In this document: positions 37,219 through 49,500 of the stretch, piece after piece
How positions within the stretch are numbered: position 1 is the stretch's first letter
Layout: each line of letters opens with the position of its first letter
NCBI GenBank assembly: GCA_964187785.1
Contig: OZ076409.1
Location: 65,288,001 to 65,352,000, forward strand
Length of the DNA: 64,000 bases
Source of the DNA: Amphiscolops sp. MND2022
Lineage: Eukaryota
Direction: 5' to 3'
Position numbers and translations under genes: made by a program
The notes under the pieces: model-generated
The model's input: the letters and a program-made list of their open reading frames with translations, nothing else
Databases searched by the model: none
Told to the model about the DNA's origin: nothing

Positions 37219-38426
37219 TTAAGACAGACTCGAATGCGACGGAATTTTTGTTCAGTTTATTCAACTAAACGAATACCTGGGAAACGCATTTAAGTCATTG
37301 CAAAGGCCCCCATTCATTTCTTTACTTTTCAAACGTAACATACAAAACCGGACGAGACTAAAGGTCCTCCTGTCAATTTTTTTCGGCGCTGTGAGATTTT
37401 TTCGAAAGAAGTTTTTTAGTGTTTCCAAAAGCTGTTCCGTCGAATTTCGAATTTTTTTAAAGCTAATATTGCGTTAAATATTATTTCACAAAAAGATACA
37501 AAGTCATCTTCCAAAAAAGTTCACTTCTTGCTCTTTATAAAAACCTAGTTTTATTTTTTTTCAAGTTTATAAATTCCACTATAGTGCTACTTTCACTATC
37601 CTCAGTTCATTTTTGTTGGCAATTGAACACTCAGCCAATTGCAAAGTTGGACTATTGATCTAGCACCTGGATATATTGCCTAGATATATAGTTGGAAACA
37701 TTCGTATTGTTTTGCCATTTTAGTTTCGGAAACTATCCTGAAAACGACCGACTATTGGTCCACGAGAAGTGACTCAACATCGGAGCAGACGACATCAGCG
37801 GATGCTTCTCTTATGTTCTCCTATACTGCGAGCCAAGACAGCAGAGGCTGCTCTCCCGGAATTCCGGGCCAACTTTGCTCACTCTACAAATGGCGGGCCA
37901 CCGACTGGTCCGAAGATGTTAGTGAGGGTATTTCCAGATTATAAACAAGTAAAAATTGACTCGAGTTCCCACATGGGGATCCCCAGTTAGCGGCAAAACC
38001 ACTTCCTCGTTTGTAAATTGAATGCTTAAATTACATCTGTTACAAAATGAAGTGTAACATCAATGTTACCGCTGACAGGGGAAGCAAATTTCGGAATAGC
38101 AGAAGAGACCCGTTAGTTATACAGTACCTAGATTCCGATCTAGGCAACAGATGCACGGAATGTCGAAAAAGCTGAAGAATTTGCGAGCAATTGCCAGCAT
38201 CGCAACAGAAAAAAGTCAAGATAAATTAAATTTATTGATAAAATTCTGATAAAATCTGTGTGATGAAAACTCTTAGGTGCCTATTTCATCAACGAAAACA
38301 TCTTCGAATTGCGTTTTTACCTGAATTGTAGACGCCTAATTGATACAATATTGACCGCTTACAAAATATGCAAAATTGAGAGGTGAAAAGGATACCTGTG
38401 TTGACGAACCATGAGCTTGTATGCAT

Positions 38427-38803
38427 GGGTGCAACTTCAATTCGTCGAACATTCAAATCGTCGAAAAATGCAAAGCTATTCAATTCGTCGAAAGAATTCC
38501 ATATCAGCGATTATTTTCATTTGGTTATATTTTGTGGCGAATAACATATTTGTTGTATGGCTCGGTCGCTTCGCTCCCTTCGCCAAGTAGCAACATTGAG
38601 GCATGGCCATATGGCACGTCGCTCCGCTTCGCTTCGCTCCTGCATTTAGGGCACTTGGGGTATGTGAACATATCTGACGTTATCGTAATTTTGAATGCTC
38701 GAATTTGATTGGCCGAAATCTATTCATTCCATTACGTCATACCATGGTCGCTAAATTAATACGTGTTCGACGAATTGAATGTTCGACGAATTGGAGAGTC
38801 CCC
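38427..38803. mobile_element. Foldback-type MITE with GG...CC ends and an 8-bp TSD
   Basis: Arms of aattcgtcgaa / ttcgacgaatt units; TSD GTATGCAT/GTATGCGT. Confidence 0.75.
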
Positions 38804-38935
38804 GTATGCGTTGTCTACGCTTGGTACATGTGAATTCCATGCATGGTATATGTACATCGGCATGCTGTTTTTTAGCATGAAATCGCATGGTCCATGCATG
38901 ATCTTTGTATGAAATCAAAATCTGAAAAAAAACTC

Positions 38936-38961
38936 AATAATAATAATAATAATAATAATAA
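38936..38961. repeat. (AAT)n microsatellite
   Basis: Directly visible. Confidence 0.9.
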
Positions 38962-40572
38962 TTGAATTTATCTGGTGATACATAATTGACATACAAATAT
39001 CAAATCAAGTTACAATAAAAACTCAATTCACTTAGAAAAAGTCTCACGGACACAAATGTAAGAAAAACAGTCCTTCTGTTGAAGGAGTTCAGTCGTGGAG
39101 ACATTAGTGGAGTCTCGAAACTAATATTTCTGACCTGCGCCTGTTGAAAATCTTATCTCTTTCAGCTGGTCATGCCTTTTTTCACTTCATATGTTGCTTC
39201 TGATTACAAAAAGAATCAAAATTGACGAAAGACATCTGGAAAAAACTGAATTAAGATCCAATTACACTTGGAACATGATGTGAGACCACTTTAATAGCAC
39301 CTAAGACCACTTGAATATAATCAAAAACCACTGGGAGTAATTTTGAAATCATTGAACATGACAAAAAAATTGCTGGGAAAAATATCCGAAAATTTGCAAA
39401 AATGCCCATGCTAATTAGGGTTATTGATAACATTTCCTTCTGAAACAAGAAAAACTATCTGAGTATGTGACCAATTGCAAAAAACTTTCTCTATTATTAT
39501 TATGGAAAAGTTGTTCCATCCAATATCTTATGCCACAGTTTTTGCTGCTTCAGTGTTACCCTTTACTACAAGACCTGCGCCCTTCTTCTGAGGTCAATAT
39601 CTCTGAGACTGAGGTCAACTCTTCCTTTGCAGTGTCATCTCTTTGTATTGGGTCACAAGGTCGTTTTGTATGGTGTGCTCTAGAAAGCGACCCCAGTGAA
39701 CACCTTCCTGCGTCCAAATGTGACTCTGCCTCCAGACCTGCCAGTGTGCGACAATGTGTACTTAAAGTACCGTGCTGAGAACATGCAAGAATTATGGATG
39801 ATCATCGATGACGCATGGATGCAATGTTGAAGGATACATCGATGAATCATGGACTATTTTGAATATTTATCCATATACCTGTGACGGCACCATAGTCGCC
39901 GAAGAAACCCCTGAGCTTCCGTTTATCAAATGCGTACCCCCACAAAATTACAAAAATTTTGACACAATTTACGATAAATCATGAATGTTGTTTATTTTTG
40001 ATCTTCGCCCGCTGTACAAATTTAGCGACAAGGAAATTTGGGAACCCAAGCATGTAATGTAAGCATGCAAATTGAGCATGCTAGCTAATTTAGAGATGTA
40101 GCATATGAATTTGTTTGACAATGCCATTGGTTTTTTGTTCAATTGGTGCTTTCTGATTCATATAAGTGATCAAACTCTGATAATTTTTCCAGTGAATTCT
40201 TTTGTCTTTTGATTGGCAGAGAGTAATTCAGGGAAATTTAAAGAGTTATCTCAAATCTCTCGTTTGATGTTTTTTAAATATAAATGATATGAAAAACTAT
40301 GTAGAATGTAGAAAGCGACCCCGTGAATTAATTACCCCATGAATATGTGGTTTCTAGCTTCAGCAGTATGTATCTCTTTGCACCACCACTTTCAGGGGGT
40401 CACCTAGTGGAAGCCTTTACTTTTTTTGTTTCGAAGAAAAATTGTCGAATGCAATGACTGACAAGCTGGATGCAGGTTTTATATTGTTTGTGTATCTGTT
40501 GACAAACATTTTGAAAGTCAATAAACTCGAAATTTTTCAAACTTTCCGATTTTTGGTTAACTTAGTAGTGCT

Positions 40573-43532
40573 ACAAGGTGAACCAAAAAAACGGAACGCA
40601 CAAGAGTTTCACAGTTCAAAAACTAATATTTGTAAACAATTCGCAAACAAGCATTCACTTTTTCGGATAATGACAGATTTCGTCCCACACAGATTTCGTC
40701 TAGACATCTTTAGCAGTCACTTTGTTCGCACTTCTGACGTTTGAAAGTTCCTTGGCACTCGAATGTGTGAAAGCAATATCAAATTGAATGATTTACAAGC
40801 CCAGTTTCAGCGTTCAAAGTTGTTTCGAAATGTTTGATATCAAGTATTTGACAATTTGCGAGCTCAAAAACTTTTATTTTGGTTCACCTGATTTTTGCGG
40901 TAGTACGAGAGCCGCAAAAAAGGTACATGTATTATTTTTTTCTCAAATCTAAAACTGAATATGAATAAACAAAACGTCAAAAAATGTTTTCAAACTTCTG
41001 TGTTTGAAAAAGTGGATTTTGGATGACGATATCTTGCTTTAAGTTCAAAGTACCTGCAAAAATTGTCTTCTATAAGCACTCGAAACTTTGTTGTTCTAAA
41101 TAGCTGACAGGCAATAATAAAATGAAGCATAGAGATCTTTAGACATTGTTCACAATTGTTTACGTAATCAAGTTTGCGAATTGTTTGCGTGTACAGTTTT
41201 CTTGCGGATCACCAACCTAAGGTGAACCTAGGTGAACCAAAGTAAAACAAAACGCATGAAAACTTCCGAGCTTCGAAATGGTAATATTTGTAAACAAGAC
41301 ACTGACAATCTTTCAATCTTTCTGTGTCAAACATCCTCTTATTACGTAACGCACACTTCAACAAAGAATGCTTCGAACTTTCAGATAAAGTCTAGACGTC
41401 TTTACCAGTCATTTCGTTCACACTTTTGATGTGTGAAAGCTTCTTAGTTTCGAAGAAAAGACTGACAAGTCAAATTACTGACAAGCTGAATCACAATGTT
41501 CGGAGTTGTTTGGAAGCATTTGCTGACAAGTATTTGAAACTTTGACAGCTCAAAATTTTTCAGGCGTTCCGTTTTTTGGTTCATCTAGTACACAATGTCT
41601 GAAGATTCGTACCGTCCTCATTTGCTCATTTGAAGGTTTGATTACGTATTGAAATCTCCATTTTAAACGATTGACGGTAAATATGCAAAATGTTTAGTGC
41701 CTTGTTTACACATTTTATAATTTTGAAGATTCAAAATTATGGGCGTTTTGTTTAAATCACTCAGTAGTACTTGACAATGTTGATGGTTGTTGCTACTGTA
41801 GACAACCCAGTGTTGAAGCCATGCAACCCTTGCTATGATCATGGTAAATCTTGCTAAATCATGGTTAACCGTGGTACCCTTGTCAAGATCATGGCAAATC
41901 ATGATACATGGAACGCTTGTCAAGATCATGGCAAGATCATGGCAAGATAACCATGGGAAGACATGTAAGTTGGCGATAATTGTGCATAATTTATTCTTTT
42001 CGCAAAAATTCCTTGTCTGCAATTTCTGAATTAGCTTCGGACATAGCTTCGAACATTGTAATAACTTCGGACATAACATTTATCGATCGAAAATAGTTTT
42101 TTAATTGAAAATTATCCAAAACTTGCTCAATTTGCTGCACCTATTGACCAAGTTTTGTTACTTGAGAGCACGGCATTGTTACTACTATCATAAATTATCA
42201 TACAAATCAAACTCCGAATCAAGTTATTGCAACTTGCGGGTTTGGGATACCGGTGTGAAAACCAACTTTTCTAGCTATGATGCAAATCATGCTATTACCT
42301 TATCTATTGAGGTAACGGGTTCTAATTACTGAAGTTCCAGGATGCAATAAAAACTTCTAACGGTCTAAGCAAAAACATTCCTTTATGGTCTTGGGTAACA
42401 GTTTTCTAAACATGTCTTTTTTGGTCCGAATAAATTTTTAGATACTAGTTACAATTTGAAAATAAGAGATCTGAATTTTCCAAAAATTCCGCTAGTAATA
42501 CCATGGAACCCTGGCCAAGATCATGGTTAATCATGGTTAGCCTTTGCACGATCTTGCATGGCGATGGTATCCTTGTCAAGATCTTGGCAAGGCTACCAAG
42601 GAACTTGCCATGGATCTTGTGGCCATGGCTTCGAACACTGGGAAACAATTAAACACGGTCCGTTTTGTTCTGGAACATTTGTCAAATTTATCAAAAAGAG
42701 CAAGATGTCGAAAACTCATTTGATAACTTGAACGACAAGCTCATATCCCAAACTTGACAGCTATTTTTTCGGCTTGTTAATAAACGTTGACGAAAACGAC
42801 AGAATTGTTTTACGCGTAGCGTTTTGTAGCATATGAAAATCGGAACGCATGAAACTTTTTTTAGCTTTCAAAGTTTCAAAAATTTGTCAACAAATATTTC
42901 AAAACAAGTTAGATCATTGCTGTTCAGCTTGTCAGTCATTCAAATTGACGTCTTTTGTTTCAAGCAAATGAACATTCACACACCAAAAGTGGGAACGAAA
43001 TGGCTGATACTAGGTGAATAAAAAAACGTAACGCACAAAAATTGTTGTGCTCCCAAACTGTCAAATATTTGTCAACAAAATGTTTCAAAACCACTTTGAA
43101 CGCTGAAATTTAGCTTGTCAATCATTCAATCTGACAACATTGCTTTCACATTTCAGAAGTGCAAGCAAAGTGACTGGTAAAATGTCTGAATTTTCATTGA
43201 GGGTTCAACTCTTCTTTTGTTGAAGCTTTGATTAAGTAATGAGAGCCCCGATTTGAAAGATTGACTGGACAATTTTCTTAGCCTTGCTTAAAAATATTAC
43301 AATTTTGAAGAGCGAAAATTTTTGTGCGTTTCCTTTTTTTGGTTCACCTGGTAAAGGAGTCTAGAAATTTTCTGGAGGTTTGAACCATTCTTTGTTGGAG
43401 ATTTGTTCATGAAATGAGAGTGAGGATGGTTGACAGCCAAAGTGAATGATTGCCAGTGTCTTGTTTACAAATATTACGATTTTGAACGTGAATGTTTTGA
43501 AGCGTTCCATTCCGTTTTTTGTTTACCTAGTA
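40573..43532. mobile_element. Cluster of 3-4 Tc1/mariner-type MITEs of about 320-360 bp (about 40573-40890, 41228-41589, 43010-43352, plus fragments)
   Basis: Recurrent TIR (ct)aggtgaaccaaaaaacggaacgca / tgcgttcc.tttttggttcacct(a/g)g, often next to TA. Confidence 0.65.
41806..42642. mobile_element. Non-autonomous EnSpm/CACTA(CMC)-like element
   Basis: TIR CCCAGTGTT.GAAGCCATG, AA on both flanks, subterminal caagatcatgg repeats in inverted orientation at each end. Confidence 0.7.
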
Positions 43533-45009
43533 GTACAGTGGAATCCCAGTATTAAGTATCTTCACGGGAGGTATGTTCGAGTTACGTTATACTGAGACCT
43601 ACGCTATAAGGTGATTACATAAGTTTTGTACTGGAGAAACTAAAGAGTAAAAACGAAGTGATCGAGACTGTAACGAAGTGGAAATATTGAAAAAATGTCC
43701 CAACAGATTCAACTGAAGAAACAGTTTCTTGGTGCTTTAAAAGAGTTATTCAGGATCAGAAAATAGGTAATTTATATAGAATCAATTTTTTTGGGATCGA
43801 ATTATACAGGATTCGAAATCGATTCAATAAAAATTAAGTTTCTCGAAATTGATGGCATGACTCGGAGCTCCTCGTTCCGGAGTGCTTTGCAATCCTCCTG
43901 GTCGGCATTCGAAAAAAACCTTACCGCTGGTTAAGTAGTGGCACGTTGCTCCGCTTGGCTTCGATCCTGCGTTTAGGGCCCCATAGGTGTATCATTAAGG
44001 AAGTTTTCACTTCTTTCGATCCTAGATAAAACCAAGTCACAATACGATCCTAAATAATGTTGCAAACTTTTTGACCCTACGTAATTTGACCCTACGACTC
44101 TACACAGCAAGCCCCCTCAAAGGAATACACAATTACAGTATTTTCTTACAGCAAACTGTTTATACAACAATCCATTGCAGGGAGTGATTTAAGAGCAGTG
44201 ATAATTGTCTTAGTTTCTTCTCCGTTGAACAGATGAGAATTTGAATTGCTTTTGAGCGTCAGTCCTTCATGGGGCGAGGATACAACTATACGAAAACATA
44301 ATGCGTAAAAAATAAATTATCTTCAATGTCATCAAAAATTGCCAGACAAATGCAATAAAGCAAATAAATTAACGTCGACTCTTTTCTTTACGATATTGAT
44401 AAAGGTTGAAGATGTTTTCCGCAGAACTACTGTTACTTGTGTTGTGTTTAACACATCTTTTTCTTCAGTTAAATAATATTGAAACATTTATATAAAATTA
44501 TTTCATTGGAGTAAGAACAAAATTGTTCATTTTCCGTAAATCATTTTTCGCATTCTTTCAATTTTCAAGGCACGCTTGAAAAAATTATAGAAGTAAACAA
44601 ATTCACAACTGCGCGTTACTTGAAAGAACAAATTCCACTTCACAAAAGAGACGCTTGACACTTGTGCAAATAATTCTCTTTTATTCTCTTTGAAAAAGAC
44701 AATATGCGACGCCACTTGTGCGAGCAAATATCTCTAAGATAACAAAAGGCGCCACTTGTGCGGCCGGAGCTTCTCAATTTGAGAACAAAAGATTATTCAA
44801 GCGAGACCAAAAGTCCCCACTTGAGAGGACTAATTCCCCTGACATAAACAAAAGTTGCGTCAGCCAACTCGGCTAGCTGAGTTAAATGACTAGCTGATGC
44901 AATCTTTGCCGACTTGTACTCGGCTGTGCCTGGTCCCGAAGTCATTCCCGAGTAAAGACCGAGAATGTGACGTTAATTATTCGTGCCCAATAAAATGCAC
45001 CGATTACTG

Positions 45010-45180
45010 TGATTGGTTGCACGTGCTTTCTGATTTATATAAAAGGGCCAACTTTTCTAAAGACGATCATTCGCTTCTCACAGTTTTTCACCTCCCAAAC
45101 AAAAGCAAATCCGTCACTCTCTTCCTCTCAAAAATAAACAAATCTTCAAAACTCCACTCACTTCACTTTTCAGGTAAGTT
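45010..45180 (+). promoter_or_regulatory. Pol II promoter of element B (reverse CCAAT, TATA) and a 5' splice donor
   Basis: ATTGG at 45012, TATATAAAAG at 45036, TCATTC Inr-like about 30 nt later, CAG|GTAAGT at 45174. Confidence 0.7.
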
Positions 45181-45499
45181 ATTTTCTTTAACTTAGAGAA
45201 TAACAACAAAATTCACAAGTCAGAATTTCTTCTCTTTATTTATTCTTGTCTTCGTGACAACAAAATTGCAGTCATTCGACTGAACAAAAAGTTGACCAAC
45301 AAGGTTCTTCTATGCAATCATAGAGAATTCTATCTTGAGCTAAACGCTCCAAATAATCCAGATTCTCGATTGAGACTTATCTTATCTCTAAAGTACGCTA
45401 TCGCGTCAAGACTTAGCAAATGCTAGATAAAGTTAATTTATATCTTAACCTAAATTAAAATTAAAAACTAAAATGCATGTAATCTCTTAACTTATTTTA

Positions 45500-46245
45500 G
45501 CCGGACCTTAAGTTCGAGCTTTCTGACAATTCTGTACAAAAAAGCAACCTAGCTATACGCTGGCTGAATAAGACCTTTACATTACTTAGACTTGCAAGAC
45601 TTCTTCAATGTCTTGGTGTTAGACAATCTTGTCTCCTATTGACTTAGCCACTGCTAGTCACAACATAAGTTAAACTCTCAAAGCCCTGCACCGAACCTTA
45701 TGTTCGAGCAGCCCTTGGCAAACCTGTCGAAACACAAAACCTAGCTAAACGCTGGTTAATAAGACCTTTACTTGACTTAGACTTACAAGACTTCTTCAAA
45801 GTCTTGACGTTAGACAATCTTGTCTCTTTTTTGACTTAGCAAGCCTGCTAGTCCATTGCAATATGTTAAACTCTTAGAATACTGCAACGAACCTTATGTT
45901 CAAGCAGCTATTGGCAAACCTGTCCAAATACAAAACCTAGCTAAACGCTGGTTAATAAGACCTTTACTTGACTTAGACTTACAAGACTTCTTCAAAGTCT
46001 TGTCGTTAGACAATCTTGTCTCATTTTCGACTTAGCAAACCTGCTAGTCCATTGCATTAGGTTAAACTTTTAGAACACTGCAAAGAACCTTATGTTCAAG
46101 CAGCTATTGGCAACGCTGTCCAAACACAAAACCTAGATAAACGCTGGTTAAGCAGACTTTACTTTACCTAGACTTGCAAGACTTCCTCAAAGACTTGACG
46201 TTAGACAATCTTGTCTTTGACTTAGCTATTGCTGGTCATATGATT
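45500..46245 (+). repeat. Four tandem hairpin-rich repeats of about 196 bp inside the 5' LTR
   Basis: Anchor (a/g)acctt at about 45504, 45694, 45890, 46086. Confidence 0.9.
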
Positions 46246-46833
46246 TAAAACTTAACACTTTAAACTTTTCAGCTTTCTATAAGCTAGAACTTTTGACAAA
46301 CCTGTCATACCGTTGTCAACAGACTTAGCTAATCTCACATTCCTGTTGAGAATACTAAGTCATAAAAAGGTCTGAACAGACCAAAAATTTCAATACTTTT
46401 CGTCCTAACAAATTGTTGGATGTTATAGGACTACCAAATTCCAGTTTTTACAGTATTTAAACAACTTACCTGATTATTGCCACCTTAATAAGAGGTAGCA
46501 TGAGGTATTTATTTTTCGTGCATGTTAAACAATTCAGATATTATTGATTGGATATTTGTGTCAATTTGGATGATTATATTGTTCTGTTTGTATTATATTC
46601 TTGCGTATTGTGAAAAAACGAACATTCTGGAATATAATACTCAAACTAATTCAAATTCTTTTCATAAAATTAAACTCTTCTCTCGAAACAAAGTCCTTCC
46701 TGCGAACTCGGAAGACCTAGAGACAACTTTTGTAAAGGCTTAGGAAGGCATAGTCGCAAGCTAACTCCTAAGCAAAACTGAATAAGAATCGCAGAAAACT
46801 AATTTTCCTAAACCCACACGAACCTTTACAAAC

Positions 46834-46850
46834 TGGTGCAACCAGTGAGG
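46834..46850 (+). promoter_or_regulatory. Primer binding site of element B (tRNA identity not assigned)
   Basis: TTTACA-aac-TGGTGCAACCAGTGAGG just upstream of gag. Confidence 0.7.
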
Positions 46851-46872
46851 CATATACAAGGAAAAGAGAAGA

Positions 46873-48267
46873 ACGGCAGATAATACAGTTTCATTTCCCG
46901 ACCTCGCGTTGGACAAATTCTCAGGAAACGATCCTGAACAAGATGTTGGATCATTTCTCACAACTGTTGAGAACAAAATCAAATTCTCGATGGGTCATGA
47001 ACCCGACAATGATGACGAACGAGCAAGATACTTATTTCGCAAGAAGGCATTTTTTTCATCTCTCATAAAAGGACATGCCGCCGAATGGTACACAGACAAC
47101 ATAGAAGATGGACACGATTGGCAGCATATCAGAACACTTTTTTAAACCCGTTTTTCCGATAAAAGAGATAAATACAGATATAGAATAACTGCAGAAAACA
47201 GTTTCAGAGGAAATGAAGAAATAATAAAGAACTATTTTCACCGAGTGAAACGAGCTATCGATAGAGGGTGGCCGGATGTAGAAAATGCGGACAACGCAGC
47301 CAGAGCTGAACTGATCGCCCAAAGAAGAAAAAAGTATATTGAATTTGCAGTCAGAGGACTAACGCCAAATGAACTCAAGAACAAGGCTCACCAATACCTA
47401 ATTGAACACCCCAACGCAACTTGGGAACAATTTCAAGAACACGTCACTAATAAAGACCTTGTTTTTACTATCAGCTCGCAGTTAGCCCCGAATGCCTCAC
47501 AAAACCAAAAAACATTGATAAATGAACTACGAGAAGACATAAATGCAATGAAGAATATGCTAAAAGAACAACAAGTCATTTCCTTAGCTGTAACTAATCC
47601 TTTACCCTACGGATGCTCATCCTCCCACTGTCATGACTATCACGTCTCTGCAGTAGACGTAAATAACACGTCCCGCCAAAATTTCACACGATTTTGTATA
47701 TATTGCCGAAGGAATGGTCACACACTCCAATATTGCCGAAAAACGATCTATGATGACGAAGCCAAGAGAGCACAATCAAGAGCTAATGAAGAGAAGAAGG
47801 TCACCTTCACTAACGACTACAACAAACTGAAGGTACACAAATTTGGATCACAACAAAATTATCAGCCCTCACCAATACCGAACGTCACTAATATTCAGAG
47901 GAATAACCAACAGTCGACCCAAAACTTCAACAGAGGCAGACCTAACGAGGGAAACAATCGAAATGATAACTGGAACCGAAATAATCCTCAGCAGCCGAAC
48001 AACTTCAACAACTTCAATAGCAACAGCAATCACTTTTCAGGTAGTAGACCGACTCCTAGTAATACTAATTTGCGAAACAATACCCCCTATACTGGAAATA
48101 GGCCAAATAGCCCGTGTAACTTCAGTGCACGACCACAAAACACAAATTCTGAGTACAATAGGATTTTCCCAATCAACAATAACAGTTTCCCAAACTCCGT
48201 ACAGTTCATCGACGAAGAAGGACAGGACAGAGTTTGTACAATCTCGTTCAATCCTTTAAACTGCTAA
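46873..48267 (+). pseudogene. gag: Gag of element B with CCHC zinc knuckle and N/Q-rich tail
   Basis: LDKFSGNDPEQDVGSFL, GHAAEWY, CIYCRRNGHTLQYC; start codon appears mutated (ACG), frameshift at about 47140. Confidence 0.88.
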
Positions 48268-48346
48268 AGTCTCCGCGACCTGACGAAGAAAGTAACCTCA
48301 AATCACGATTTCACCTAAATCTCTTCTTTTTTTTCCACCGGAGACT
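48255..48346 (+). promoter_or_regulatory. -1 programmed ribosomal frameshift signal (gag/pol)
   Basis: T TTA AAC in the gag frame at 48255-48261, 6-nt spacer, stem AGTCTCCG (48268-48275) / CGGAGACT (48339-48346). Confidence 0.8.
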
Positions 48347-49139
48347 CCAAAAAAGATAGTGGGTTGGAAATAGAATTCATGTTAGACACAGGAGCAGCCT
48401 GCTTGATTATTAATTATAGAGCTTTTGAGGAAATTGCACAATTTGGACAACTCATCACGGTAGTCAGAAGCAAGCAACTGACTAAAACCTTTACTGGTGA
48501 AGTTATACCGATGCTCGGATCAAGAACAAGCACATTTAGTTTCGACTCGGATGGACTCCATCCCGTAGAACTGAAGTTTTGGATAAAAGAAGCGAAGACA
48601 CCCAATTTGCTGGGAATAGATTTCTGCCGTGAACTTGTTTCTAAATTCCATTTTGATTTGCCTGCAATCGAATTCAAAGAAAGTCCTAACACAATTTGCT
48701 ACGGTAACCTTTGTGCTACCAAACTTTTCCCGTACGTTTCAAAAGTCGAAACAATACGAACAGATAACCCAATTTGTATCGATACCAAAACCACCCGTCC
48801 ACACAAAAACTCTCGCGAGAACAACAGACATTTTGCACCCGGAACATCATTTACACCCCACAAAAATGAAGTCAAAACAGAGGACTTACCTTTGTGAATG
48901 TTTTATGTACAAAATCGGAATCCCACCTGCAAATTTTGATTGAAAATATTCGAAATCACTAAATAACCCTTAATAGAGGGATAATTGGTCATGCTATCAT
49001 AAATCTACAGGAAAGGGAACAACCGAAGTTCCAGATAAAGGATTGTGTCACGATCGTCAAGACATTTTTGAAGGAGAACCCAGACTACAACTATTGTTTC
49101 TTACTGCACTCAACAGTTCCTTTCGAGCACGAAGGAGAT

Positions 49140-49500
49140 CAACAAGTTTTTCTAAGCCACGGCTCCGGCGAGACCCTTCGAGCATCAAATGCAAATCTAG
49201 CTTTTTGCGTCTCAGCAGATGGAAAAATGACAACCACGTTTGCAAGAAAGTTGTGCGAACAGAAGAAGGATTCCCAGAAGTCCGTAAACCAATCGAAACC
49301 TTTCATTGGATCGGTTTTACCCTTTTGGGATAACGAAGCCCACCGCTTTTACTATGGACTAGTTGCAAAGAAAAGATGCTACGAAAAAATTAAACCCGGG
49401 GGTTTTCGTAGCTGCATCGAAAATCTGTTTGGACACTCACAGCCTAACAATATACCTGCAATTTCAATACCCAAAATTGAAGACGGCCTAGACAACCATA
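49140..49500 (+). CDS. TARG1/OARD1(Poa1p)-like macrodomain within pol
   Basis: LAFCVSADGKM...RFYYGLVAKKR...K...FRSCIENL...NNIPAISIPKIEDGLD matches the TARG1-family pattern LAHCISxD..M...IYYLITK...MPRIGCGLD. Confidence 0.8.

Noticed and set aside
43669..43680. TGTAACG as the start of the element B 5' LTR
   Set aside because: No 3' LTR or TSD is available to confirm it, and unrelated repeat fragments lie between it and the promoter
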